Below the pieces are notes generated by a model. It did not search any database. It was not told where the DNA came from and saw only the letters and a program-made list of their open reading frames with translations. Both the position numbers and the translations under genes were made by a program. A stretch of DNA of 64,000 nucleotides from an uncultured bacterium (GTDB lineage Bacteria > Planctomycetota > UBA1135 > GCA-002686595). Location: the NCBI GenBank assembly GCA_943787795.1, contig CALSNU010000002.1:672001-736000 (forward strand). Direction: 5' to 3'. Position 1 is the first letter of the stretch; the number at the start of each line of letters is the position of its first letter. Shown one piece after another: positions 19,138 through 30,011 of this stretch.

Positions 19138-19926
19138 TCAGTCGGCGACCACGAAGAGCACCCACGCCGGAGTGGAGCTCTCCCTGAAGGTCTGGCGCTC
19201 GCCGTCGAGCTTGTAGGTGGCTTCGAACCGGTTCGCGTCGACCGGGCCGGCGGCACGGCGGACCTCCGGCGAGGTCCGGGATCCATCGGTCTCGCCCCAG
19301 TGCTCCGAGGCGAGGATCTCCACCTCGCCCTGGTCCGCGACGACGCTGCCGATGGCCTGGCGGCTGCTGCCCTTCCAGACCGCGGCGTCCACGGTGGCCC
19401 CCGGGAGCATCCCGGTGCTGGTGGTTGTTCCCGAGGAGGAGGGGGAGTCGGAGGAGGCCGTCAGGGTGGCCCTGACGCCGGCGGTCGCCCTGAGGCTCGC
19501 CTCGAGCTCGATGGACTTCTCCTCGTCGGCGCCGAGGCCCTCCAGCGCCTTCAAGAGCTCCTCGGCGTCGACGTCCTCGAGCTCCATGGTCAGGTCGAGC
19601 TCGGTCCTTCCGAGCAGCTCCGTGGTCGAAGTGCGGCTCTTGCCGCCGATGCCGATGAAGCCGTAGGTGACCGACTCGATCCCCTCACCGAACTGCAACC
19701 GCCAGGTCCCGCTGCGCCGTCCGTCGACGGTGGTGACCGTCTCGAGGTTGCTGTCCCCCTCGTCGAAGACCTGCTCGGCCTCCCATCGTCCGGCGCCGAT
19801 GGAGACCTCGGCGGCTGCGACGGTGGACGCGGGCTCCGCCTCATCGCTGGTGCTCTCCACCTCGACGCTGAGGCTACAGGCGGTGAGGAGGGTGAGGGGC
19901 GCTGCGAGGAGGGGGAGGTGCTTCAT
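19138..19926 (-). CDS. Hypothetical lipoprotein
   Basis: Lipobox LTAC after a hydrophobic signal; coding-like codon usage. Confidence 0.75.
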   Translation of the reverse strand: MKHLPLLAAPLTLLTACSLSVEVESTSDEAEPASTVAAAEVSIGAGRWEAEQVFDEGDSNLETVTTVDGRRSGTWRLQFGEGIESVTYGFIGIGGKSRTSTTELLGRTELDLTMELEDVDAEELLKALEGLGADEEKSIELEASLRATAGVRATLTASSDSPSSSGTTTSTGMLPGATVDAAVWKGSSRQAIGSVVADQGEVEILASEHWGETDGSRTSPEVRRAAGPVDANRFEATYKLDGERQTFRESSTPAWVLFVVAD

Positions 19927-20118
19927 GGTGACTGGGGGGGGCTGGGTACTGGTTCAGGGTCCCTACCCGCGGGGCCTGGTGGATATTCGAGGGGCGCGTT
20001 CTTGTTGGGGACTTGCCCCTCGACGTTTCCCGGACATGGCTCGGGGCCTCGAGTCTCCCTAGGGAGGGCTGCGCCACCTGGCCGGGCGGCGGAGCAGCAT
20101 GGAGGACCCGACGGAGTG

Positions 20119-20422
20119 TCAGGACGCGCCCACCACCGCCGAGGGGCCAGTGAGGATGCCGAGACCCTCGGCCGAGAGGCTCGCGAACGCTGGTTTGCCG
20201 GCGATGGACGTGAAGAGCTCGGAAGCCTGGCCATCGAGGAGGGCCAGGTGGCCCCATGGGACGTGGACGCCGCCCTAGGCGCTGGACCCGTCATGCGCGA
20301 GCCAGCCCTTGGAGACGAGGCCCGGGGATGGTGGCGAGGATGGGCGCGAGCTCGTTGCAGGCCTGCTCGCATGGACCGCGGGAGAGCCTCTCCAGCCGCA
20401 AGTTGAGGACGAACGTGTGCAT
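20119..20422 (-). pseudogene. YdhR-family (putative monooxygenase) pseudogene
   Basis: Manual translation MHTFVLNLRLE..ACNELAPILATI/PGLVSKGWL..SA*GGV..ASELFTSIAGKPAF..GILTGPS; frameshift at about 20325 and in-frame TAG at 20275-20277. Confidence 0.7.
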
Positions 20423-20582
20423 GGGACCTGGGAGGGGGGAGCGGAAGGCTGGCGCGGGGCCGAGGGGAGGCGCAGGCCGCGGGCGCGGGACGCCCCCGGA
20501 TGTCCGTCAAGGGTCCGGGAGCAGCGGAGCGGGATCTCCGGGAGCCCTTGAACGGCCCTCTCCGTTCGCGTCTCCTCGCCCC

Positions 20583-21604
20583 ATGGTCCGCCTGCTCGTC
20601 TTCCTCGCCCTCGCGGCCTCAGGTCTCGGCGCCGCGTGGTGGCTCGGGGAGGCACCGCACCGGTCCGACGCGGTCCAGGCTGCGGAGCGCCAGGCACCCT
20701 CGGCTCGACCCGGAGCGGCAACTCTCGCTTCCCTCGGCCGCAAGGAGGCCCGCCGCGCCGCCGGGGCCCCCGTCGCGACGAGCGGGCCCTTCGCTGAGTT
20801 CGAGGGACGACCCGCCGCGGAGATCGACGACGACGGACTCGCGGAGCTCCTGGCCGCGCTCCGCTGCGACGAGGTGCGAATGAACGCCACGAGAGCGGCG
20901 TCGACGCTGAGCTGGCACGTGAGGGACGGCGGGGCCGCTCGCCGGATCGCGGCCCTCGCCACGCCCCTGCTCCGCTCCGACGATCGGCAGCAGCGCATCA
21001 TGGTCACCGCCCTCTGCATGCACATCGCGACCGTCGAAGCGGAGGCCGGTCGCCCCTCGAGGCCGCCGGCTCGATGTGACCGAGGCGGCCATGCGCTGGC
21101 TCGGGGGTCCTGGGAGCGCACCCCGACGCCCTCGACTTCGAGACGTGCTACGCGCCCTACCAGTGGCGGGCCCGGCGCTTCTGCGAGGCCCTCGAGCCCC
21201 ACGTCCGCCAGGACCTGCGCGAGCTCCTGCTCCGTCCAGTCCCCCCCGACGAGCAGCCGAACGAGGCCCGCTTCGAGGCCGCCTGGATCCTGACCCTGGC
21301 CGGCGCCCCCTGGACCGAGGACGCGGCCGGCGTCCTCGTGGAGCACCTCGCGGACAACGGCATCTCCGAGGACGCCGTGCGCGCCATGTACGCCCTCAAG
21401 CGCCTCGGGCCTGCCTCCCTCCCCGCCCTCGAGGCCGCCCGCGCCACCTCCACCGACCCCCAGCAGCGCCTCGCCGCCGAGCTCGTCCTCGCCGAGCTCC
21501 ACACCCCCGGCTCGAGCCGCGCCTTCGGCCGGAAGGCCCAGCGCATCTTCGACTCCGCCGTCCCCTTCCCGGCCGCGGACTGGTCGCCACGGTTCATGTG
21601 GTGA
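20583..21604 (+). pseudogene. Membrane-anchored HEAT-like helical protein interrupted by two frameshifts (about 21072 and 21105)
   Basis: MVRLLVFLALAA.. frame shifts into VTEAAMRWL, then at a G5 run into GVLGAHPDALDF..EHLADNGISEDAVRAMYALKRLG. Confidence 0.6.
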
Positions 21605-21710
21605 GGCGCCTGCGAGGCGCTGCTCTTCAGCCCTTCCGAGTCCGCCTTTGGGCGGAAGCACGCGCGATGCCACCTCCCCACAGGCCGCGGCGCGGGGTAC
21701 AACCGTCGCC

Positions 21711-22784
21711 ATGAGCAAGTCACGAGTCCTGGTGATCGGATGCGGGAACATGGGCGCCTCCCACGCGCGCGCCTACGCGGCCCTCGACGAGTTCGAGCTG
21801 GTGGGGGTGGTGAGCCGGGGGCCGGAGAGCCGAGAGGCCCTCAGCGCCGAGCTCGGCGGGGTGCCGACCTACGGCGACGCCCTGGCGGCCATCGCCGAGG
21901 CGAAGCCGGACGCGGTGTCCATCAACACCTACCCGGACACCCACTACGAGCTCTGCAAGGCGGCCCTGAACGCGGGCGCCCACGTGTTCATCGAGAAGCC
22001 CCTGGCGGAGACCCTGGAGCAGTGCGAGGAGCTCGTGGCCCTCTCGAGGTCGAAGGGCGTCGCCCTCGTGGTCGGCTACATCCTCCGCGTCCACCCTGCC
22101 TGGACCAAGTTCATCGAGGTCGCGCGCACCCTGGGCAAGCCCCTGGTGATGCGCATGAACCTGAACCAGCAGAGCCGGGGCAAGGAGTGGGCCACCCACC
22201 GGGCCCTGATGGACTCGATCTCACCCATCGTGGACTGCGGCGTGCACTACGTGGACGTCATGTGCCAGATGACCCGCTCCAAGCCCGTCCGTGTCTCCGC
22301 CATCGGCGCCCGCCTGACCGAGGAGCTCAAGCCCGGCATGTACAACTACGGCCAGCTCCAGGTCACCTTCGAGGACGGCTCGGTCGGCTGGTACGAGGCC
22401 GGCTGGGGCCCGATGATGAGCGAGACCGCCTTCTTCGTGAAGGACGTGGTGGGCCCCGAGGGCTGCGTCTCCATCGTGGACCGCGAGACCGGCGAGCGCA
22501 GCGACGACAGCTCCGACATCGACGCCCACACCAAGACCAACACCCTCCGCGTCCACCACGCCGCCCGGGACGAGAACGACGAGTTCCTGACCCCCGACGA
22601 GTGGATCGACACCACCGACGAGCCCGACCACGACGGCCTCTGCCTCCGCGAACAACAACTCTTCGCCCAGGCCATCGCCGGCACCTTCGACCCCGCCGAC
22701 CATCTCGAGGACGCCCTCAACGCGACCCGCATCGTTCTCGCCGCGGACGAGTCGTTCCGGTCGGGGGACTCGGTCAGACTCTGA
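21711..22784 (+). CDS. Gfo/Idh/MocA family NAD(P)-dependent oxidoreductase
   Basis: VLVIGCGNMG Rossmann motif, HVFIEKPLA, DCGVHYVD. Confidence 0.93.
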   Translation: MSKSRVLVIGCGNMGASHARAYAALDEFELVGVVSRGPESREALSAELGGVPTYGDALAAIAEAKPDAVSINTYPDTHYELCKAALNAGAHVFIEKPLAETLEQCEELVALSRSKGVALVVGYILRVHPAWTKFIEVARTLGKPLVMRMNLNQQSRGKEWATHRALMDSISPIVDCGVHYVDVMCQMTRSKPVRVSAIGARLTEELKPGMYNYGQLQVTFEDGSVGWYEAGWGPMMSETAFFVKDVVGPEGCVSIVDRETGERSDDSSDIDAHTKTNTLRVHHAARDENDEFLTPDEWIDTTDEPDHDGLCLREQQLFAQAIAGTFDPADHLEDALNATRIVLAADESFRSGDSVRL

Positions 22785-23000
22785 GCGATCCATGGGGGGC
22801 GGCTCGCGCGACGCTCCGCTCCGCCTCGATAGGAGACGTCGGCCTGGCGGCATCTCTGGAGGGTGCGCTGGAGCCCGTCGCGCCGCAAGTGCTCTCCGCA
22901 AGGGGACCGATCGCACGGTGACCGGATAGTCTTCCGCAGGAGCGTGTGCCTCCGACGCTGGGTCCCATTCGCTGCTCTCCTTGCTGCCTCGAACCACGCC

Positions 23001-23858
23001 ATGACCTCCGACTCCCCGAAGCGGGCCACGCTCGCCGCAGTTGCGATCTGCAAGAACGAGGAGCGGGACATCCGGGGCTTCCTCGACCACCTCTTGCCGT
23101 GGATCGACGAGGTGGTGGTGATCGACGACGGCTCCACGGATCGGACGCTCGAGATCCTGAGGGCCGAAGGCGACCGAGTGACGGTCATCGAGCGGTCCAT
23201 GGATCCAGTGGATGGGTTCGCCGGCCAGCGAAACGCCGGCATCGACGCGGCGCGGTCGGACTGGCTGATCCACATGGACATCGATGAGCGCGTCACCCCG
23301 GAGCTGGCGCGGGAGATCCGGGCGTCGATCGATGGGACCGATCTGAACGGGCTCCGCTATCGACGCACGAACTACTTCCTCCACCGCCCGATGCGGGCAG
23401 GCGGCTGGGAGACCTGGAACCGGCCACAAATTGCCCGACGCGGGAGCCACCGCTTCAAGAACCGGATCCACGAGGAGTGTGTGATCGACGGCGGTGAAGA
23501 TCGGATCGGGCAGCTGGAGTCGAGAATGCCGCACCTCATCGACGGGAGTTACACCGAGCGGCTCGCCAAGAGCTTCCAGTACTGCCAGGTGGTGGCCGAC
23601 CAGAAGCTTGAGCAAGGCGAGCGGGTCCGCTTCTCGACCCTCCTTCTCCGCCCGGCGCTGCTCTTCATCAAGCGCTACCTCATCCAGCGAGGGATCGTTG
23701 ACGGGATTCCCGGGCTGATCGCCGCGCTCAATACTTCGGGGGCCGAGTTTCGTTCCCTCGCGATCGTCTGGGACCGACAGAACAAGGTGCCTCGATCGGA
23801 GCTAGAGGCCGAGATCGCAAGCCGGTGGTCGGCTGACGCCGGGCGCTCTGCTGACTGA
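23001..23858 (+). CDS. GT2 glycosyltransferase (WaaE/KdtX-like)
   Basis: ICKNEE, IDDGSTDRT, FAGQRN, MDIDE, IHE, GIVDGIPG. Confidence 0.9.
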   Translation: MTSDSPKRATLAAVAICKNEERDIRGFLDHLLPWIDEVVVIDDGSTDRTLEILRAEGDRVTVIERSMDPVDGFAGQRNAGIDAARSDWLIHMDIDERVTPELAREIRASIDGTDLNGLRYRRTNYFLHRPMRAGGWETWNRPQIARRGSHRFKNRIHEECVIDGGEDRIGQLESRMPHLIDGSYTERLAKSFQYCQVVADQKLEQGERVRFSTLLLRPALLFIKRYLIQRGIVDGIPGLIAALNTSGAEFRSLAIVWDRQNKVPRSELEAEIASRWSADAGRSAD

Positions 23859-23927
23859 GCGGGCGGTACTGTGCCATGAACCCTCAAGCCTGAACCCTGA
23901 GCACGGGGCCTGGATGAGCCCTGTCCT

Positions 23928-25169
23928 TCAGGTCGTTCGGCGGAGCCTCCTGCGGAGAAGGCTGATGCTCCGACGGAGGCTCTCTGGGAGCCAGGGCAGC
24001 CGCCGGAGCAGCCATGCCGGCGGGTCAAACCTCGAGATCGGCAGCCCGGCATCCACGAGGGGGCTCGCGGACAGTGCTGTTGCTATCACTTCGCCGTACT
24101 GGCGAGCGCACTCGGCGAGGGAGAAGCGGGCCCGGGCCTGTTCTTGGACCCGGGCAGACATCGATTCGATCTCGACCTCGCCCCGCGCGATCTCGGCGAT
24201 CGAGGAGGCCATGCCTGCCGCGTCGCCCAGCGGGTGAAGGAAGCCAGTCACCCGGTCCTCGACGATGAAGTCTGTGATGCCCTCGATGACCCAGCAGATG
24301 GGCACGCAGCCGGCCGCCATGGCCTCCAGGAGAGCGTTCGGACAGCCTTCGAACTGCGAAGGAAACAGGAACACGTCGCAGGACGCGAGGTACCCGGGGA
24401 TGACCTCTCGGTCGAGGAGTCCGAGGAACGAGACCTGGCCGGACTGCACCCAGGGCGCGAGCTCGCGCCGGAGCTCTCCCTCGTCGACCCCCTGCCCTCC
24501 GATGGAGAGATGGAAGTCGACCCCGGAGCCCTCAAGGGCCTGAAGGATGGGGGGGAGGAAGAGCACGCCCTTCTGGCGATGCTCGAGCCGACCGAGGAAC
24601 CCGAGCTCGATCCGCCGTTGGCTCGTTGACGTCCGAGGGGGCGCATCGAAACGCTCGGTGTCGACGCCGTTCGGAATCAGCTGGATGAGGCCCGGGTCCA
24701 CCGCGTAGTCCGCGGTGAGGTCGCGGCCGAGGCGCGGTGTCAAGGCGACGACGGTGCTGACCCGCTCGAGGCCCGTTGCGGCGAAGAGATATTCGTCGTG
24801 CAGCGCGTTGGCGCACCGGGAGATCACGCGGACCCGTGCAGGGAGGTGCGGGATCGATGCGAGGATCGGCCGCGAGTTGACGGGGACGACGATATCAATG
24901 CCCTCGACCTCGCACCAACTCACGAACGCCTCGACCTGCCTCCGCAGGGACCACGTCCGTGGGGCAAGCCTGACGCACCCCTCGTCTGCGTAGCTCGGAT
25001 TCCAAAGGCTGTTCGACTCCGTCCCCACGGCTACGCACCTGACATCGATTCCCCGGGTGCGAAACTCATCGCGGTGGTTTCGATAGAAGGTAAACGTCCC
25101 GCCTTCCTTGGGAACGGATCCGTAAGCCACGCGTATCCCCACCGGGTCAACCTCGGAAGCCTGTTGCAT
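23928..25169 (-). CDS. GT4 glycosyltransferase
   Basis: IPNGVD, GRLEHRQKG, PSQFEGCPNALLEAMAAG. Confidence 0.9.
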   Translation of the reverse strand: MQQASEVDPVGIRVAYGSVPKEGGTFTFYRNHRDEFRTRGIDVRCVAVGTESNSLWNPSYADEGCVRLAPRTWSLRRQVEAFVSWCEVEGIDIVVPVNSRPILASIPHLPARVRVISRCANALHDEYLFAATGLERVSTVVALTPRLGRDLTADYAVDPGLIQLIPNGVDTERFDAPPRTSTSQRRIELGFLGRLEHRQKGVLFLPPILQALEGSGVDFHLSIGGQGVDEGELRRELAPWVQSGQVSFLGLLDREVIPGYLASCDVFLFPSQFEGCPNALLEAMAAGCVPICWVIEGITDFIVEDRVTGFLHPLGDAAGMASSIAEIARGEVEIESMSARVQEQARARFSLAECARQYGEVIATALSASPLVDAGLPISRFDPPAWLLRRLPWLPESLRRSISLLRRRLRRTT

Positions 25170-25250
25170 GGCAGTACTCTACCCGTAGTGCGCCCTTCCG
25201 GATTGGGTCGAGCTGAGGGAGAAGCCCCCGTCACAGCGAGGGTCAGCGCC

Positions 25251-26333
25251 TCACCGATGGGCCGAGTTGATAGCCGCGGTGAACGCTTCTGCAGCAGCGC
25301 CTGTGGACCACGAAGCGACGACGTGCGCGCGCGCCTCGCGCCCCATCTGCTGTCGGCGAAGGGGGTCCACCACGAGTTCGGTGAGCGCCGCCGTCCACTG
25401 CGCCTCGTCCGCGCAAAGGAAGCCGTCGACACCGTCCCGAAAGAGAGCCCGGTGGGAGCGGCAGTCCGAGGCGACGACCGGGAGGCCGAGGGCCATGTAC
25501 TCGATGCCTTTGAAGCCACACTTGTAGCTGTTGGGCACGGATTCACGGAGCGGGTAGACCCCGAGGTCGACCCCGCGCATGGCGTCGCGGGTGGCGTGTT
25601 CGCTCGCCCAATCGATGGACTCGATGAGCTCGAGGGTGAGGCCAGGAATGCTCCCGAGCTCATCCTCGAAGAGCGAGCTACCGAGGGTGCCGACCACGCG
25701 CAGGGTCACTGGATGTTGCTCTGCGACCGTCCGGAGGGAGGGGCCGAGGATCTCGACGATGTCCTCGCCGTAGGTCTTGCCGTTACCGATCCACCCGATG
25801 GTCACCGGTGCCCCGCTCGACAGGGGTGGCTCGAGGACGTCATAGGCGGCAAGATCAACGCACGAGGGGACCAGGTGGACGTTGGAGTTGAACCGGCTCG
25901 CGTAGTCACAGAGGTTCTCGCAGCCGGCCGTGACCACGCTGGCGACACTGAAGAGCACCTCTGCATTGGCAACTGTCCTCGGGTTGGCGTTCCAGGAGGG
26001 CGTGTCGTCGATATCGAAGATCACCACCTTGCCCAGGCGGCGGAATAGCTTGGCCAGCGCCACATGCCACCGCGAGTACTGCTTCTGGAACACGACGGTA
26101 TCGCACGTGAGCGCCCGCAGGGCTGCCAGCGCGATCCGTCGCCGAGAATCAGCGATGACCCACGATGAGGTGAAGCCCTCGTCGAGCAGCGGCCGCTCCA
26201 GCCAGTATCCCCGAACCCGGCTGCTCGCCTTGGAGCGATCACCGAGGGCGAGCCACAGAATAGAACGGCGCCCCTCGGGGCCCGAAGGGCTCATCCCAGG
26301 CCCTAGGCCGTCCGAAGGGGAGGGCGGGTTCAT
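25251..26333 (-). CDS. GT-B (GT4-like) glycosyltransferase
   Basis: ASSRVRG, FDIDD, IGWIG, KCGFKGIEYMALGLPVVAS. Confidence 0.87.
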   Translation of the reverse strand: MNPPSPSDGLGPGMSPSGPEGRRSILWLALGDRSKASSRVRGYWLERPLLDEGFTSSWVIADSRRRIALAALRALTCDTVVFQKQYSRWHVALAKLFRRLGKVVIFDIDDTPSWNANPRTVANAEVLFSVASVVTAGCENLCDYASRFNSNVHLVPSCVDLAAYDVLEPPLSSGAPVTIGWIGNGKTYGEDIVEILGPSLRTVAEQHPVTLRVVGTLGSSLFEDELGSIPGLTLELIESIDWASEHATRDAMRGVDLGVYPLRESVPNSYKCGFKGIEYMALGLPVVASDCRSHRALFRDGVDGFLCADEAQWTAALTELVVDPLRRQQMGREARAHVVASWSTGAAAEAFTAAINSAHR

Positions 26334-27712
26334 CCGCCCTTGGCTCTCACGCCGAGCCCGAGAATCGCGGAGTCCGGTCGAAGGTGGGTTCGCACCGCGA
26401 GAGCGAGCGCGATCATGATCATCGTCAGGGTGAAGCCTCGTGTGGTTGAAATGGCGGCATGACCGACGAGGAACCAGATGGAGGCGGCTGCGAACATTGC
26501 ATAAATGCTCGCGGAGGCTTGCGTCGACGCTTCGCTGTCGCCGGCTCGCTGGCGTCCAAGGCCCGTCACAGTGCTCGTCAATAACCAGACGAGGATGACC
26601 GCCGCAACGGCGCCGAATTGGTACATCGTGCGCGGGACCAATGCATGGGAGTCGTACCAGGGAACGGTGCCACGATTGAACTTCGTTCGCTTACCAGCGT
26701 CGTTGCCATAGCCCATGATCGCGGCCTCCGGATGGTCAAGAACCCACAGGAAGGGGTAGATATAGCTTTGGAACCTTCCGGCTTCGTTCGAACTCTCGAA
26801 TTGACCGCCGGCCCGAACACCGTCGATCATGGCTCCGAACCGTTTATCGTAACGGTCGATCATTAGGGCGTCAGAGTCCTTGGGCGCCATGTAGGCGACC
26901 GCACAGACAGCGACGATGAGCGCTGTGCTTGTGCGTCGAGTCTTGACCGATCCCTTGACGAGGAGGACAGCACACGCCGCACCGAGGGCGACGAGGCCGC
27001 CTCGTGAATAGGTCGCGAGGGCGCCAAAGGCAACAAGGGCAGCCATGGCGCCCCTGAAGCGATTCCAGACGGAGCTGGGACCCGCTGCGATCAATGGCAT
27101 GCAGGCGACGATCGGCCACATGGAGGCAAGGAAGCCAGCTGTGATAGTGCTGGTTCCGATCAGGGTGTTGCCCCGCATTGCGTATTGACTATCCAGCCGA
27201 ACGAACTTCGCGGCCGGATTGAGGAAATCGGCCCGCAGGAGGGGCTCGATCAGGCTTCGGGTGAAGGGGAGTGAGGACAGGATCGAGAACGCTGCGCTGA
27301 AGCAGCTCCCAGCGATGATGGTCTTGATCAGCAGGTCGAAGCTCTCTCGCCGCGCGGCCAGCTTGTAAAACGCGACCGCCAACATCCCGGAGGACACGTA
27401 GCGCGCAGCCATGTAGGCTGCGTTGGTCGTCGACGTGAGGAGAACCGCGCAGTTGATCTGAGAGATCAGGATCAAGACCATGAACGCAGCGAAGAGGTTC
27501 TTCGCGCGCCGGATGAAGGCTCCCGTGGGATAGGGCAGGGTGTAAGCCAGAGCGAACGCGAGCACTCCGAGGACGTCGAACAAGTAGACGGGAATCCCAG
27601 CTGGGCCAATCCTGGCGCGGGGTGCAGCCAGCAGCATGAAGACCGCTGCGCACACCGCGAGGAGCGCCCTCTGCTGGCCAGTCGATGCGAACCCTCGTGT
27701 TTGTCTAGCCAC
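26330..27712 (-). CDS. O-antigen polymerase/ligase (Wzy/WaaL-like) membrane protein
   Basis: Many TM helices; ATYSRGG and GYG..SH motifs; located inside the GT cluster. Confidence 0.75.
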   Translation of the reverse strand: MARQTRGFASTGQQRALLAVCAAVFMLLAAPRARIGPAGIPVYLFDVLGVLAFALAYTLPYPTGAFIRRAKNLFAAFMVLILISQINCAVLLTSTTNAAYMAARYVSSGMLAVAFYKLAARRESFDLLIKTIIAGSCFSAAFSILSSLPFTRSLIEPLLRADFLNPAAKFVRLDSQYAMRGNTLIGTSTITAGFLASMWPIVACMPLIAAGPSSVWNRFRGAMAALVAFGALATYSRGGLVALGAACAVLLVKGSVKTRRTSTALIVAVCAVAYMAPKDSDALMIDRYDKRFGAMIDGVRAGGQFESSNEAGRFQSYIYPFLWVLDHPEAAIMGYGNDAGKRTKFNRGTVPWYDSHALVPRTMYQFGAVAAVILVWLLTSTVTGLGRQRAGDSEASTQASASIYAMFAAASIWFLVGHAAISTTRGFTLTMIMIALALAVRTHLRPDSAILGLGVRAKGG

Positions 27713-27848
27713 GGGTGATCCTCCGTTGCCGGCGCACCGGGAGAGGATTATTGACGGACCGAACCGCGGTCCGGGTCTTCGCCATGGGTCTAGAGCGCTG
27801 GAGGGACGACGCTGGTCCTCGCTTCTCGACTCGGAGCTTCATCGCGAC

Positions 27849-28754
27849 TCAGCGATGCCTCCAACGGAGCCGCAGTGGGTTCCAGACTCGATTCCTGAAG
27901 GACTGGATCACACGCGAGACCCTTAGTCGGCGAGGACTCCGGGTCGAACTCACCTCTGGAGTGATTTCACTGGGCTCGTAGCCGAAGCGCTGAGCCATCT
28001 GGATCGTGGCGGAGTTCGGCGTGAAAGAGAAGGACTCATTCGTCCGCCACTTCTCCAGTGACTTCCCGTGAACTTCGGCTCCCACGGCGGGGTCTTCCTC
28101 GAGGCCGACGAACTTCAGAACCCGCTCAAAGCACTCCTGTGGGTTGCTGACCATGTCCTCATAGGCGACGCCGAGATAGTCACCGTGGGGGAGCATGGAT
28201 TGGAAGGCGAGGAGGTTCTGATGGATCGAGACCCACCCGTCCTGCCGCGTCTGGGGTGCCGTGCCGAACAGCTCCCATGCCGAGTGGAGGACGGCGGCGG
28301 GGTTGCGGACAAGGCCGATGAATTTGACCTCTAGATCGGTCTCCTGGGCCCACTCGAGCATCAGGGAAAGGGCCGACCAGTGCGCGAGGTGCTGGGGTGA
28401 CTTCTCGAAGAAGACGGGCTGGGCGAACTGGCGGCACATGGCCTCCCAACCCTCGAAGACGAGTCGCCGGTCATCCCCAGGGAGCGTGAAGTCGGGGAGG
28501 TTCCCGCGCAGCTGGCTGACCAGGAGCGCCCGTGCGCCCTTCTTGCCACCGTACCCCTTGTATCTGTGGCCATCAGCGAAGTGGCGGCTTGGCATACCGA
28601 GGACCACCGCGCTCTTGAGCCAGTGGTGCGTCTCGTTGTACGAGTGGGCGCAGTAGCTCGCGTGCTGAACGTCACGGTGCCGACAGAGCTCGCGCTCGAA
28701 TTGCGTGGAGCCTGACCGCTTGTCCGAAAGGAGGATGACGACTGTCGGTTTCAT
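27849..28754 (-). CDS. PAPS-dependent sulfotransferase family protein
   Basis: SDKRSGST 5'-PSB loop, FEKSP, LVRNP..S 3'-PB motif, YEDMV. Confidence 0.88.
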   Translation of the reverse strand: MKPTVVILLSDKRSGSTQFERELCRHRDVQHASYCAHSYNETHHWLKSAVVLGMPSRHFADGHRYKGYGGKKGARALLVSQLRGNLPDFTLPGDDRRLVFEGWEAMCRQFAQPVFFEKSPQHLAHWSALSLMLEWAQETDLEVKFIGLVRNPAAVLHSAWELFGTAPQTRQDGWVSIHQNLLAFQSMLPHGDYLGVAYEDMVSNPQECFERVLKFVGLEEDPAVGAEVHGKSLEKWRTNESFSFTPNSATIQMAQRFGYEPSEITPEVSSTRSPRRLRVSRVIQSFRNRVWNPLRLRWRHR

Positions 28755-29030
28755 GGACGGGCTGGTGTTCCGGGGCCCCTGCCTCCGTGGAGGATCGACC
28801 CCCGGCAGAACCCTACTTCACTGTGCCCGTGGGGGATCTTCAACTTGAGGCAGATTCGCTGCTACCTCCGTGGGAGCCTGGGAGCGGTGTGACCGTTTCG
28901 AGGCAATTGGGCCTGTATTCGCGGTGGCCGACGATTGAGAGCTACTCTTCTGTCAAGCCACTTCGTCCCTTGCCCCCTGAGGGTCAGCTCGGATGGAGGG
29001 TCAAGCCGGCACAGCATCCGCCACAGTCAC

Positions 29031-30011
29031 GTGAACGCAGCAGCCCAGTCCAGCGCGAGTATCTCGGTCGTGATCCCGACCTACCAGCGCGCAGAGCTCC
29101 TCGAGGAGGCCATCATCTCGGCGGCGAGCCAGTCGATAGCGCCCGCTGAGATCGTCGTGGTGGACGACGGCTCGACGGACGCGACGGCGGAGGTGGTCGA
29201 ACGTCTCCGCAGCGAGCTCGGACCAGAGATCGAGGTCATCTATCTGAGCCAGGTCCGGAGGGGTGGAAACGCAGCCAGGAACGCAGGGGTGCGAGCGGCC
29301 TCAGGGGACTGGATCGCATTTCTTGACAGCGACGATCTCTGGGTCGGGGACAAGCTGGAGAAACAGCTGGCACGCGTCGCGCTGTCGCCAGGCAGCGTGG
29401 CCTGCTACTGCGGGCTGAGGGGGTTCAGCGAGGAGGGCCAGCTTCCCGAGGAGCATCGCGCCTTCCCGGAGGGCGATCTGAGCTCGAGCCTCCTCGTACG
29501 GGACGGGACGGCGCCCACGTCGTGCTACCTGGTCAGGCGCTCGGTCCTGCTCGAGGCAGGTCTATTCGATGAGGAGCTGCAGGCCCGCCAGGACTGGGAC
29601 ATGTGGATCAGGGTCTCGATGTATGGCGCGATTGTCAGCGTTCCGGAGCCCCTCACCCGGTTCAGGCACCACGACGGGGAGCGTACGGCGAGCGATCCCA
29701 GCCGTGAGCTTCGGGCCTACCGCGCGATTCGCATCAAGTACCGCGACCGGCTCCGGGCCCTGCCCCTGGAAGCGAGGATGGCGGCGCGGTCGGCCTATCA
29801 CCGCCGCGTGGCCCGCGTCCGCCGCCACTACGAGGGGCGCTGGTTTCGCGGCCTGAGTCACGGCCTGGCGGCCTGGGCGGTCAGTCCCCTGGAGCGAGAC
29901 AACTACTTCATGCTCGTGGGGTTCTTGCTCCCGGATTGGGTTCGACGTCCGGTGAGAGGTGCATGGAATTCGCTTTTTGGGTCAGCGGGTTGGGGCGTCA
30001 AGACCCATTGA
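29031..30011 (+). CDS. GT2 glycosyltransferase
   Basis: SVVIPTY, VDDGSTD, ARNAG, FLDSDD, QDWDMW. Confidence 0.92.
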   Translation: MNAAAQSSASISVVIPTYQRAELLEEAIISAASQSIAPAEIVVVDDGSTDATAEVVERLRSELGPEIEVIYLSQVRRGGNAARNAGVRAASGDWIAFLDSDDLWVGDKLEKQLARVALSPGSVACYCGLRGFSEEGQLPEEHRAFPEGDLSSSLLVRDGTAPTSCYLVRRSVLLEAGLFDEELQARQDWDMWIRVSMYGAIVSVPEPLTRFRHHDGERTASDPSRELRAYRAIRIKYRDRLRALPLEARMAARSAYHRRVARVRRHYEGRWFRGLSHGLAAWAVSPLERDNYFMLVGFLLPDWVRRPVRGAWNSLFGSAGWGVKTH

